A stretch of DNA of 64,000 bases from positions 51,381 through 115,380 of the forward strand of contig JAPLWX010000035.1 in the NCBI GenBank assembly GCA_026396415.1, in the 5' to 3' direction. Position 1 is the first letter of the stretch. Each line of letters starts with the position of its first letter. Position numbers and translations under genes: made by a program. The notes under the pieces are model-generated. The model had not been told where the DNA came from. It saw only the letters and a program-made list of their open reading frames with translations, and did not search any database. This document shows, in pieces, positions 45,092-54,216 of this stretch. This stretch comes from Candidatus Micrarchaeota archaeon. GTDB lineage: Archaea; Micrarchaeota; Micrarchaeia; Anstonellales; Anstonellaceae.

Positions 45092-47851
45092 TTATTTTTT
45101 GTCTTTCTTTTCAATTTCCTTGGAAAGGGCGGCAAGCGCAGGATTCGGGGGCGCGTCATTGCCAGCCCCTGCTGCGGGCGCCGGGTCGGCATTTTGCGCC
45201 TCGGAATATTTTTCCGAGGCCTTTTGCATGAAATCCTCCCTGCCCATGCCGCCCATCTTGTATATCTCGTAAAGCCACACCAGGTGGTCCTTTGCATACT
45301 GCTCGACAAGCGCCTCGTCCTCCTGCTTCACCTTGCGCGCCGTCTCCTCGTGCTCGAGCGTCTTGCGCAGGCTTTCCTTCGCCTGCTCGTATTCCCCGGG
45401 CTTTGGCACCTCGTCCTCGCTTTCATCGGGAAGCGGGACATCCTCCTCCTCGGCGGGCAGTGCCGCGGTGCCTGCCACTTCCTTCACTTTGCCAGCCTCA
45501 AGCCTTGCAAGCTGCTCGGCCATTTTTGCCATCTTCTGGTCCTGCAGAAGCTGCTCGGGGGTTTTTTCCGATGCCAATAGGGCTTCATCTGAAACAAGCT
45601 TCCTTGGCTTGAGAGGCGCAATGCGGGGGGAAATGCCGGCTTGCTCTGCCGCAGGCTCAATTTGCTCTGCCGCAGGCTCCTCTTGCATTTCCTTTTCCCC
45701 CTGCCCGGCACGGGGAAGCGCGATTTGCTTCCTCTCCCTCGCAGGAGGCACGTATGTTTGCGGAGTGGAAGGCAGTGTGCGCCCCATGCCGGGCAATATC
45801 CTTCGCCGCAGGGATGGAGCCTGAATGGGCGGCGCTTCCTCTTCCTGCCCTTCGCCCTCCTCGTTTTCCTCCTCGCGCGCAGCAAATTTTGGCGCAAGCT
45901 TCCTTGGCGCGGGCGGCTTCACGCCTGCCGCTTCCCTTTCCTCTTCAGGCCCTCCGGGCTCATCCGCAGGAATAACTGACGCCGGGGCTGTCTTTTCCGC
46001 CTTGGGAGCCGTTTCTGCTTTTTCTTCAGGCAATTCTTCAGCCTTGGCCTTGCTTGGCACTTTTTTCGCAGAAGCCGCCTTTTGCCTGGCTTCCGGATTG
46101 GAGCCTTCGGCGCCGCCATTGGCGGTGCCTGATGCAAAATGCCTTACATTTTGCACATCGGCCCCAATGGGCGCAGTTTTGCGCTGCAAAACTGCCGTTG
46201 GCGGTTCCTTTTCCTGCGCAGCCGCTGCTTTTTTCTTCCGCGCTCCTGCGGATTTTTTCAGGGGCTCGGGCCGGTTTTTGGATTTTTTGCCATGAGCTGC
46301 CTTTTGCGGCGCAATGGCGGCTTGTTCCGGCCCTTTTTCACCCTCGTTTCCCTCGAATGAAGCTTCCTCCCGCCTTGGCTGCGCGCGCATCTTGTCAGGG
46401 GACAATTCCTCGATTATCCTTTGGATGCGGCGCATGCGGTCCGAGTCTTCATTGCGGGATATCTCTTGCGAAGGCCCGGAAACGGCGGCATCGGGAAACA
46501 TGGGCTTTATCGTGATTGGCCCCGCTTGAGAGTCTCTCCGGGCACTGGGAATCCGCCCGTCTTTTTCTTCAGGAACGGCTTGCAGGGGCATTTGCTTTTC
46601 TTTTTCCTCTTCATCCGGCGCCGGCGCTTCCTCATCGCCCTGCGGCGAAGGTCCCCCCTCCTTATCCGGCATGGGGGCGATTTCATCTTCCACTTTGCGG
46701 AGCGGCATCCTGCGCGGGCTTTCTCCGCGAACGGGTTTGGGAATGGGTTCGAGCTCGATTTCCCCGCGCTCGCCCTCGGCAGGCCCAGGCGGCGGCAGTT
46801 TCTTATCCTTGCCGCGCGCATTTTGCAAATCGCCCGCGCCTTTGCCCTCGGCTTCTTCATCATCATGCAGGTTCCATGCATTGGGCGCGTCCACGCCCTC
46901 CTGCTGCTCCTGTCCAGGCTCCGCCCCCCCAGATTCTTCCTCTGGGGGCTGCGGCGGGGGTGTTTTGAATATGTCTGCATCTTCGCGGGCAATTTTTGCC
47001 TTTTCCTCCTCGCGGCGGAGCTTCTGCTCGATGAGCGCCTGCAGGCGGGGGGACAGCTTGGAATAGGAGGAGATTCCTGCCGGCGGCTTTTTTTCAGCCC
47101 CGGCTGGTGCGCCGGGAGATGGCACTGGCGCATTTGAATTTGAAAATGATAACGGGAGCTTGATGAGCTCGGAAGGCTCGGGCGCACCTTGCCAGGAGGG
47201 CGTTTCAATCGGCGTTTGCTGCATGGGCAAGGCGGGCGGAGCTGCCGATGGAATCCGCGGCGCGCCTGGCACCCTTGGGGGCAGCACGCGCGGCTTTGCC
47301 TGCGGCAGGGAGGGGATTTCCCCGCTATTATCAGGAGGCTTGGCAGGCTCTTCCCTTTCCGGGGAATTGGGGGCTTCACCAGGGGCAATCATGCCATCGC
47401 CTTTTGCAGGCACGCGGGAATTCGGATTCCTGATTTCGTAATCTGCCACCTCGCCAGGCGCTTGCGGCTCAGGCGCCTTCCTTTCCCGAAGCGGCTGCAG
47501 GAGGCGGGCATTTTCATCATCACGCGCCGCCTGTTCCTGCGCCGAGACGAACTTGTGGAGGTCGTTTCGCATCTGCTCCGCGGGCGTGGGAAGGCGCGCG
47601 CTTGCAGCCGTGTCTTGCTGCGCGGAAGCGATTGCATCCGCACTGAGCCGGCGCTCGATTTTCTGCGCCTCGAAAAGCAGGAAACTGTAGGTATAGTCCT
47701 CGAACTCGCGCGGGAAAATGCCGAAGTTCTCGTCAACCACGAGCTTGCCGTCAATCGGGCGCGGGGGGATGGAAAGCGGCTTTTTCCCCATATCGCGGGC
47801 AGCGGCGCAAAGCTCGGAAAATGTGGGGAATAGGTCGGTTTTTGCGCCCAT
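45092..47851 (-). CDS. Giant (919 aa) Pro/Glu/Ala/Lys-rich intrinsically disordered protein with short ordered N and C termini
   Basis: Long minus-strand ORF between the pilus ATPase and the membrane genes. Low-complexity PEE, KAE and PAP runs dominate. The N-terminal 70 aa and C-terminal 60 aa look globular. Confidence 0.55.
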   Translation of the reverse strand: MGAKTDLFPTFSELCAAARDMGKKPLSIPPRPIDGKLVVDENFGIFPREFEDYTYSFLLFEAQKIERRLSADAIASAQQDTAASARLPTPAEQMRNDLHKFVSAQEQAARDDENARLLQPLRERKAPEPQAPGEVADYEIRNPNSRVPAKGDGMIAPGEAPNSPEREEPAKPPDNSGEIPSLPQAKPRVLPPRVPGAPRIPSAAPPALPMQQTPIETPSWQGAPEPSELIKLPLSFSNSNAPVPSPGAPAGAEKKPPAGISSYSKLSPRLQALIEQKLRREEEKAKIAREDADIFKTPPPQPPEEESGGAEPGQEQQEGVDAPNAWNLHDDEEAEGKGAGDLQNARGKDKKLPPPGPAEGERGEIELEPIPKPVRGESPRRMPLRKVEDEIAPMPDKEGGPSPQGDEEAPAPDEEEKEKQMPLQAVPEEKDGRIPSARRDSQAGPITIKPMFPDAAVSGPSQEISRNEDSDRMRRIQRIIEELSPDKMRAQPRREEASFEGNEGEKGPEQAAIAPQKAAHGKKSKNRPEPLKKSAGARKKKAAAAQEKEPPTAVLQRKTAPIGADVQNVRHFASGTANGGAEGSNPEARQKAASAKKVPSKAKAEELPEEKAETAPKAEKTAPASVIPADEPGGPEEEREAAGVKPPAPRKLAPKFAAREEENEEGEGQEEEAPPIQAPSLRRRILPGMGRTLPSTPQTYVPPARERKQIALPRAGQGEKEMQEEPAAEQIEPAAEQAGISPRIAPLKPRKLVSDEALLASEKTPEQLLQDQKMAKMAEQLARLEAGKVKEVAGTAALPAEEEDVPLPDESEDEVPKPGEYEQAKESLRKTLEHEETARKVKQEDEALVEQYAKDHLVWLYEIYKMGGMGREDFMQKASEKYSEAQNADPAPAAGAGNDAPPNPALAALSKEIEKKDKK

Positions 47852-47932
47852 TGTATCAGCCGGGAAATGACTGCAGCCGCGCGTTGTGCGGCATGCCGCT
47901 CATTCTTGTGAATGACTGCGGGCTGAAAGCCC

Positions 47933-48285
47933 GCCCACTTTTTGCCCGAGGCAAAAAGGGGCCCCTTTTTCGCTGCGGCGAAAAAGTGGGCAGCTTCCGA
48001 TGAATTCGACCGAAGGCGCAAGCAGAACGTCGCAACGTTCTGCTGCGCACCAGAACGGTTCGCCGTTCTGGTCGCGCCCCGCTCCAAGGAGCGGGGTATC
48101 ATCGCCATTCGGTCGAAATATTGCCAGTTGGGCCCGCTGCAAGCAGCGGGGTATTGCCCAACTGGCAATGAATGTGCGCTTCAGGCGGGAAGCTGCTGGG
48201 TGCGCTCCTCTGCTGGCTCAAGCCAGCATCTCCGATTCGTCGCCACTGCGACGAATGGACCACTTGTCGGTGCGCCGACAAGTCG
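47933..48285. other. Array of at least 8 consecutive stable hairpins (9-14 bp stems, 3-4 nt loops including UUCG), candidate structured RNA or palindromic-element cluster
   Basis: For example CTTTTTGCC-CGA-GGCAAAAAG and CTTTTTCGC-TGCG-GCGAAAAAG nested in GCCCAC/GTGGGC, GCAGAACGT-CGCA-ACGTTCTGC, ACCAGAACGG-TTCG-CCGTTCTGGT, CCCCGCTCC-AAG-GGAGCGGGG, ATTCGTCGC-CACT-GCGACGAAT and ACTTGTCGG-TGCG-CCGACAAGT. Confidence 0.6.
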
Positions 48286-48347
48286 GTCCCGTGCACCCGC
48301 AGTCATTCGGCGGATTCGCCTTTGCGCCGCTCAGGCTTGGTCGCAGC

Positions 48348-49871
48348 CTACTCTGGCCCGTTCCAGTCGGCGTTCTTTGAGGCCATCGCCACCACGGCGT
48401 CGGGGTTCATGTAGTATTGCGATACCAGCGCCCCCACCGTGTTCACGCTCTTGTAGCCTTTCTTCACCATCCAGGAGAAAATCTTCGCCTTGTCCGACAC
48501 GTCAGAGTCTATCTCGCGCTGGGTGAGCCCGGAGTAGAGGGAAATGGTGGCCGAGAGTGAAACCATCTTCCCTACCTCGTTTATCCTGTCGCTCTTCACG
48601 TCCCAGCGGTAAAGCGAGTTGATGTCGCCGCCTTTCTGCACCTCCGCGAATTCGAGCGTGCGGCGGATGTTCAATCGCCTGTGGCGGAACTGCACCACCA
48701 CGCCTGCAAGCGCGGAGAGGGACTCGCGCGGCATCGAGATGGGGGGCGTGGTGAGCCTTGTCACAGCCTCTGCCGCGTTGTCCGCGTGCAGCGTTGCATA
48801 GACCGAATGCCCCGTGTGCATCGCCTCGAAGAGTATCTCCGCCTCGCGCTGCTTCCTCACCTCCCCGACGATTATCCTGTCGGGGCGCTGGCGCAGCGAG
48901 TTCACCAGCAGGTCGAGCATGGTTATCTCGCCCTTGCCCTCCGCGTTGGGCTCGCGCGTCACCATGGGCACCCATTGCAGGAAGGTGGGGAGCGTCAGTT
49001 CGCGCGTGTCCTCGATGGAGATGATGCGCTGGTTTGCCGGGATGAGGCAGGACATTGCATTCAGGAAGGATGTCTTTCCTGAGCCCGTGCCGCCTGCCAC
49101 CAGGAGGGACAGCTCGTTTTGCATGCAGAGCCAGATGAGGCCCGCCACCTGCGGCGAGATGCAGTTGAGCTCGATGAAGTACGGAATGGTCCAGGGGTTG
49201 CGCGAGAATTTCCTGATGGTGATGGTGTTCCCGAAGCTGGAGACCGGGAACATGGTGGCGTTCACGCGGTCGCCGGAGGAGAGATGGGCGTCCATCACGG
49301 GGTTCAGCGTGTTTATCTGCTTGCCAATCCTCCTGCCTATCATTGCCGAGATGTCGTATATCGACTCCTCGTTCTTGAGGCGCACATTCGTCTTGCACCA
49401 GCCGTATTTCTTGTGGTATACCCACACGGGCTCGGCGGAGGAATTTATCGCCACCTCTTCAAGCGCATTGTCGTGCATGAGGGGCTCCAGGTCGCCCAAT
49501 CCCAGGCTGTTCTGGAGAAGGTATGCCGTTAGCACGTGCTTGTCCGCCTCGGAAAGCGTCGGGAAGTGCTTGGAAAGCAGGAAATTCGCGCGCGCCTCGA
49601 ACTTGTTCCTCACCTCGTCGCGCTTCTTCGGGTCTATGATGTCGGTGATGTCGAGCTTCACCGTGGTGATGAGCTCGCCTTTCAGCGTGTTGAGCACCAG
49701 GCGCGTGCCCTCGGACAGCTCGCGCACGTTCACCTCGTACTGCGGCACGTATTCCCCGCTTTTCGTGAATATCTTCGCGAGCACCTGTATGCCCTCGTTG
49801 TCATATACGTATGAATCGAGCACGCCTTCCTTTTCCGGCATGCGTTTTTTCAAATCAGCCATGGGAAACAC
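48348..49871 (-). CDS. Type II/IV secretion system ATPase (FlaI/TadA/VirB11 family), archaeal pilus assembly ATPase
   Basis: Walker A VAGGTGSGKTSFLNAM, an Asp box, a Walker B and a His box (HTGHSVYATLHA). Confidence 0.9.
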   Translation of the reverse strand: MFPMADLKKRMPEKEGVLDSYVYDNEGIQVLAKIFTKSGEYVPQYEVNVRELSEGTRLVLNTLKGELITTVKLDITDIIDPKKRDEVRNKFEARANFLLSKHFPTLSEADKHVLTAYLLQNSLGLGDLEPLMHDNALEEVAINSSAEPVWVYHKKYGWCKTNVRLKNEESIYDISAMIGRRIGKQINTLNPVMDAHLSSGDRVNATMFPVSSFGNTITIRKFSRNPWTIPYFIELNCISPQVAGLIWLCMQNELSLLVAGGTGSGKTSFLNAMSCLIPANQRIISIEDTRELTLPTFLQWVPMVTREPNAEGKGEITMLDLLVNSLRQRPDRIIVGEVRKQREAEILFEAMHTGHSVYATLHADNAAEAVTRLTTPPISMPRESLSALAGVVVQFRHRRLNIRRTLEFAEVQKGGDINSLYRWDVKSDRINEVGKMVSLSATISLYSGLTQREIDSDVSDKAKIFSWMVKKGYKSVNTVGALVSQYYMNPDAVVAMASKNADWNGPE

Positions 49872-50135
49872 CCGCCGCGCCCGTGCGCGATGCTAACGCT
49901 GAAGCGATATTCGCCGGGATTGTTTAAAAGCGTTGGTGTGCGCAACGAGGGGAAATGCGCGGGCTGAAAGCCTGCAAAAGAAGCGCAGGCGCATCTTCGC
50001 GCGTGGAAAGAAAAAAGGGGAAACCGGAGGGCGCTGCTGTTGCCTTGGAATGACAAATTTCCAGAGAAATTTGTCCGCGTTGGAATATAGGAATTCCAAT
50101 ACAAAGAAAAGGAAAAGAAAGAAGGCGGGAATGGG

Positions 50136-51539
50136 CTACTTCTTTGCGCTGTTGAAATCCTCAAGCGCTTTCTCGAAATCCTCGACTGCCTTGTTTATCG
50201 CCTTGCGCTTTCCGAATCTTCCTGCCTTGGAAAGGTCGTCCTTGGTCCCCGCAAGGCTTGTGAGGGCATTTGTGGCAAGAGCGTGCTTCTCTTCAGCAGC
50301 CCTGACGGTTGCCCGGTAGATTTCAATCTTATCCCGAAGCTCGCGCACTTCCCCGGAAAGCGCCTGTTTTGCCGCCTCAAGCTCCGTGTTTTTCCGCACA
50401 AGGAGCTTGTTCACCTTGGATGTGCTGGTTTTCCTGTTTTCCTTGCGCTCGCCGTGGATGGCAGGGCTTGGCAGCACATTGAGGACGCCTGCATCATCGT
50501 GCAGGAATTTCGCAGTTTCGTTCACATAGGCATTCATTTCGTACGATGTGCTCACCAGGAAGACCATGGTATTGATGTCGGTTGCCAGGCGCGCAGCGCT
50601 TGACCCCACGTGCTGGTCGCGTTCCTTGTAGTAAGGGTCAAGAGTCCAATATTTATCGCTATATTGGTCCCTTAGATGCCCTGCAAGGAGATAGACTGCG
50701 TCCTGCCCGCTTGAAAATTGTAGCAGGGAGAAAATGCCTGTTTTTATCTTGGTTTCGTGGGTTTCATTGGCTGTTTGGCTTTCTTTGGAAATGCCGTCGA
50801 AAAAGTTCGCAAGCGCCCACTCTATGTTTTGCCTGTGCGCATCAGGAAGCTCTTTCCTGACAACTAGAATATCAAAATAGTGAGACCCGTCCCCTTTAGG
50901 GAGCTCGAGCGTATATTCGCGGCCTTGCTTGTCAGTGAAAGCAATATGCTCGCCAAGGAGGATTTTCCAAGCGTTTTTGGCTATTTCCATCTGGTCGGGC
51001 TCGAGATAGATGTCATTCTGGGCAAGCATGGGAAGGATGTTTACTGCGTCTTTTTTTATGGAGAGGAGGAAACCTTGGTATTCGCCTGGCGATTTATGCT
51101 GGTCGTGAATGCTGCGGAAAATGAAAAGGTGCTCGCCTTTGGCGAACCATTTCCCGCTTTTCAGGTCAATGATGTCGAGAGCATCAGGGGTGAATGTGAG
51201 CTCTTTCCAGGGCTCTCTTGTAAGGAGTACGCGTATGCTTCGCGGGCTTTTCTCGTTCAGCCAATAGTTTTCTTCCGAAGCGTTGAAAGAAGCCTTGCAG
51301 GCCGTTTTGGTCCCATTTGAAACAATGCTGTTCGAGAATGTGCGCTTTTCCCGGTCATAGTTCAGGTAGAGGTAGCTCTCTACGAACCGATAGTTGAGCA
51401 CGGCAAGCGTGGGGATGTTTTTCAAATCAGGATAGACATATTTCTTGAACGTTTCCTTTTTCCTCTCTTCAGGGGAGAGGTTCTGGCGCGGATTGGTTTG
51501 TGGAACATGTGTTATGGGCATTGGCATCACCTTGTGCAA
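50136..51539 (-). CDS. Hypothetical protein with a C-terminal coiled coil, first gene of the pilus-like operon
   Basis: 467-aa ORF with no family match. The last ~90 aa are heptad-rich. Confidence 0.5.
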   Translation of the reverse strand: MHKVMPMPITHVPQTNPRQNLSPEERKKETFKKYVYPDLKNIPTLAVLNYRFVESYLYLNYDREKRTFSNSIVSNGTKTACKASFNASEENYWLNEKSPRSIRVLLTREPWKELTFTPDALDIIDLKSGKWFAKGEHLFIFRSIHDQHKSPGEYQGFLLSIKKDAVNILPMLAQNDIYLEPDQMEIAKNAWKILLGEHIAFTDKQGREYTLELPKGDGSHYFDILVVRKELPDAHRQNIEWALANFFDGISKESQTANETHETKIKTGIFSLLQFSSGQDAVYLLAGHLRDQYSDKYWTLDPYYKERDQHVGSSAARLATDINTMVFLVSTSYEMNAYVNETAKFLHDDAGVLNVLPSPAIHGERKENRKTSTSKVNKLLVRKNTELEAAKQALSGEVRELRDKIEIYRATVRAAEEKHALATNALTSLAGTKDDLSKAGRFGKRKAINKAVEDFEKALEDFNSAKK

Positions 51540-51621
51540 TAGTGTGTTAGAAAGAGTTTATAAATGTATTGGATGGGAAAGGGACAGAAAAGGATATTTA
51601 CCTAGCGCATGAAAGAGGGGC

Positions 51622-52602
51622 ATGGACCTTTTTGCAATAGGCACGCCAGTCATGGACCTGTTCGCGCGCGTGGGCGAGAGGGAGCTTGCCGCGCTTGGCG
51701 CCACGAAAGGCGCAACCAACTTCTATTCCGTCTCGGAGCTTGCGAAAATCGAGCGGAGCATTTCCAGGAAAATATCATACCGCTACCCGGGCGACAATGC
51801 GAGGAACGTGTGCGAGGGGTTTGCCGCGCTTGGCGGCTTTTGCGGCTATGCAGGCACTGTTGGCGATGACTTGGCAGGCGCAGAGTTTGCTGCAAACCTG
51901 CAGGAGTGCGGAGTGGGCAACTTCCTTCAGGAGAAGCGCGGGGCAACCGGGAAAATACTTGCGCTTGTGACGCCTGACAAGCAGAGGACGTTCTGCGCGC
52001 ATTTGGGGGTTTCCACGGAATATGGCGGGGCTGATGGCATTGCCGCGAAAAACGCGCGCATGCTCTACGTTTCCTCAATCACTCTTTGCGGCGACCATCC
52101 TGCCTCGCGCGCATGCCGCGCATGCATGGAGGAATTCAGGAAAGCCGGGAAAAAAATCGCGCTGGCGCTTGAGAGCCCGCCCATGGTGGAAAAAAACAGG
52201 GAGATGCTGCTTGCGCTTGTGAAAAAATATGCAAGCGTGCTTTTCCTGAATGAGGACGAGGCAGCTGCCCTGCTCGGGGCGGGAAAGAATATGGAAAAAA
52301 AGCTTGCCGCGCTCATCCCCAATATGCCGGTTTACCTCAAGCGCGGAGGGAACGGCTCCACGCTTTTCATTCATGGCCGCGCGCACCACCTTGAGGCAAT
52401 GAAGGCGCGCGCGCTTGACACCACAGGCGCAGGGGACGCGTATGCCGCAGGCGCGCTTTACGGGCTTGCGCGCGGCTACACGCCGCTCTCGTCCGCGAAA
52501 ATCGGCTGCTACCTCGCGACAAAAGTCGTTGAGAAATTCGGCGCAGGCGTGCCGCTGAGGCATGCGAGGATGGCGATTAAGCATCAAAGAGGAAAGCGAT
52601 AA
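51622..52602 (+). CDS. PfkB-family carbohydrate/nucleoside kinase
   Basis: C-terminal DTTGAGDAYAAG anion-hole motif and an N-terminal GG dipeptide region. Confidence 0.85.
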   Translation: MDLFAIGTPVMDLFARVGERELAALGATKGATNFYSVSELAKIERSISRKISYRYPGDNARNVCEGFAALGGFCGYAGTVGDDLAGAEFAANLQECGVGNFLQEKRGATGKILALVTPDKQRTFCAHLGVSTEYGGADGIAAKNARMLYVSSITLCGDHPASRACRACMEEFRKAGKKIALALESPPMVEKNREMLLALVKKYASVLFLNEDEAAALLGAGKNMEKKLAALIPNMPVYLKRGGNGSTLFIHGRAHHLEAMKARALDTTGAGDAYAAGALYGLARGYTPLSSAKIGCYLATKVVEKFGAGVPLRHARMAIKHQRGKR

Positions 52603-52641
52603 AAACACTATTTATAATACTTTCCAACACTAGTTTAAGCG

Positions 52642-54162
52642 ATGGGAGACCAACAGAAACAGCTATTCACAGTATATGGCGGGGGCTATACAAAAGACCA
52701 GATGGGCGGCAAGGGATTCGCTATCTATACACGGCAAGATGCTTTACTGCAAGTTAGTCTCTCCCTTGTGGAAAGGCACATTCTTTCAGTGGATTTCATA
52801 AATTATTTCCTCAAGCGCTGTGGGGCTACAGATGCATGGGCGCGCGGGGCAAACTATGAAGAAGTAGCCAGGCTTATTGACAGGGGGAAGTTCAGCAAAG
52901 GTGAGCTGAAAATATTGGAAGGAATATGCAAGCTTTTGAGCAGGGAGCCTGCGCTTGCCATCCGTTCGTCAGCGCACGGGGACTCGAAAGGCACCGGCGC
53001 ATACGATTCATTTTTTGCCATGAATACCCCAGAGGCAGTGGAGCATTTTGTGAAAGAGGTGCTCAAGAGCCACTTTGCCACTGATGCGGTGAACTTCAGG
53101 AAGAGCCTGGGCTTTCCAGACGGGATGGCAGTCATGGTGGAGCCGTTTGTTGCTGAAAAAGTAGGGACTTATGAAGGTTTTTCAGGCTTTGCCCCGCGCC
53201 TGTCAGGCAATCTGTCCATGTCGTCTTATTTGGGCAAGAACATCCCGCAGATCAATGCATTTGAGGGGCTTGCCAACCTTAAGGAAATGGATGCTGGGCT
53301 CATGGTGGAAATAGACGACCGCTATGACACTGTCCATGACCTTGTGTTTGACAAGGGAAGGGTGGAAGCACGGATGGTGAGGGAGCTTATAAAAAAGGGG
53401 GAGGATTGCGCACTTGACAACATGGCTGCAATAAGCTTCCTGGGGCATGCGCGCGTCGTGCGGGCGGATGGAAGCATTGCCGAGGTTACCCCGAAATGGG
53501 ATTTTGATGTGGACTTTTACCATATGGACCTGACTTTTGACTGGGTATTCAACGCCCTGCTCGAATATAGCAGGCTGGGCTATCATAATGAAAAGATGGA
53601 ATGGTCAATGCGCGCTGAAAAGGGAAAGCCGGTCTTTTACATAAACCAGTGTTCGAGCGGCTCAGGGGTTGAAATATTCCATTTTGACCTGGCAGGCAAG
53701 CGTCTGGGCACAGGGGTGCTTACCCAGGTAGATGGGAAGGTGGAGTCCCCGCTCCTGGTCAGGATAACTGGATTGGGGGGCTGGTTCAATATCAGGAAGA
53801 TAAACCAGGCCAACAAGAGCTACATACTCCTTTTGGACTATGACATGTTCAAGTCCAAATGGCTAGCCGAGCTGCTTCTTAAAATGGATGACATAAGCAA
53901 TGCCAAAGGCGTGGTATTTGTTCCGCCGGAAAGCGCTGGGGAAAAATACGATGCATCCGCGAAATTCCTGGACACCATGCTTGGGCACAGGCAGGGGATT
54001 TTTGCGGGATATGGGAAGATAATGGCGGAGCTGCAAAAGTTCGACTGGGGCGCAATAGCGCATTTGAAGAAGGACTTCGAAGGGTATTGCACCTACCAGG
54101 TGGACACCAGGCTCCTTTCAAGCGAGCGCGACAGCCGCGTGCACCTATACATGGCTGAATGA
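52642..54162 (+). CDS. Standalone PEP-utilising enzyme / PPDK N-terminal (ATP-binding) domain protein
   Basis: GGKGFAI, IRSSAHGDSKGTGAYDSFFAMNTPE (compare PpsA [25 protein letters not shown]), MAVMVEPFV and the C-terminal EWSM...VFYINQ (compare IEWA...LFIVQARP). It has no phospho-His or PEP-utiliser domains. Confidence 0.65.
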   Translation: MGDQQKQLFTVYGGGYTKDQMGGKGFAIYTRQDALLQVSLSLVERHILSVDFINYFLKRCGATDAWARGANYEEVARLIDRGKFSKGELKILEGICKLLSREPALAIRSSAHGDSKGTGAYDSFFAMNTPEAVEHFVKEVLKSHFATDAVNFRKSLGFPDGMAVMVEPFVAEKVGTYEGFSGFAPRLSGNLSMSSYLGKNIPQINAFEGLANLKEMDAGLMVEIDDRYDTVHDLVFDKGRVEARMVRELIKKGEDCALDNMAAISFLGHARVVRADGSIAEVTPKWDFDVDFYHMDLTFDWVFNALLEYSRLGYHNEKMEWSMRAEKGKPVFYINQCSSGSGVEIFHFDLAGKRLGTGVLTQVDGKVESPLLVRITGLGGWFNIRKINQANKSYILLLDYDMFKSKWLAELLLKMDDISNAKGVVFVPPESAGEKYDASAKFLDTMLGHRQGIFAGYGKIMAELQKFDWGAIAHLKKDFEGYCTYQVDTRLLSSERDSRVHLYMAE

Positions 54163-54216
54163 CAAGGCAAGCGCGCGCAATACTGTTTTTATACCTTTTG
54201 CAACAGGAAAGGGGAT

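Noticed and set aside
45194-47833. Many 100-300 aa plus-strand ORFs (for example 46421-47137 and 47189-47833) overlapping the giant minus-strand gene
   Set aside because: These are shadows of a GC-rich low-complexity coding region. They are rich in Arg, Pro and Gly with no domain signatures. The single long minus-strand frame is the more economical reading.
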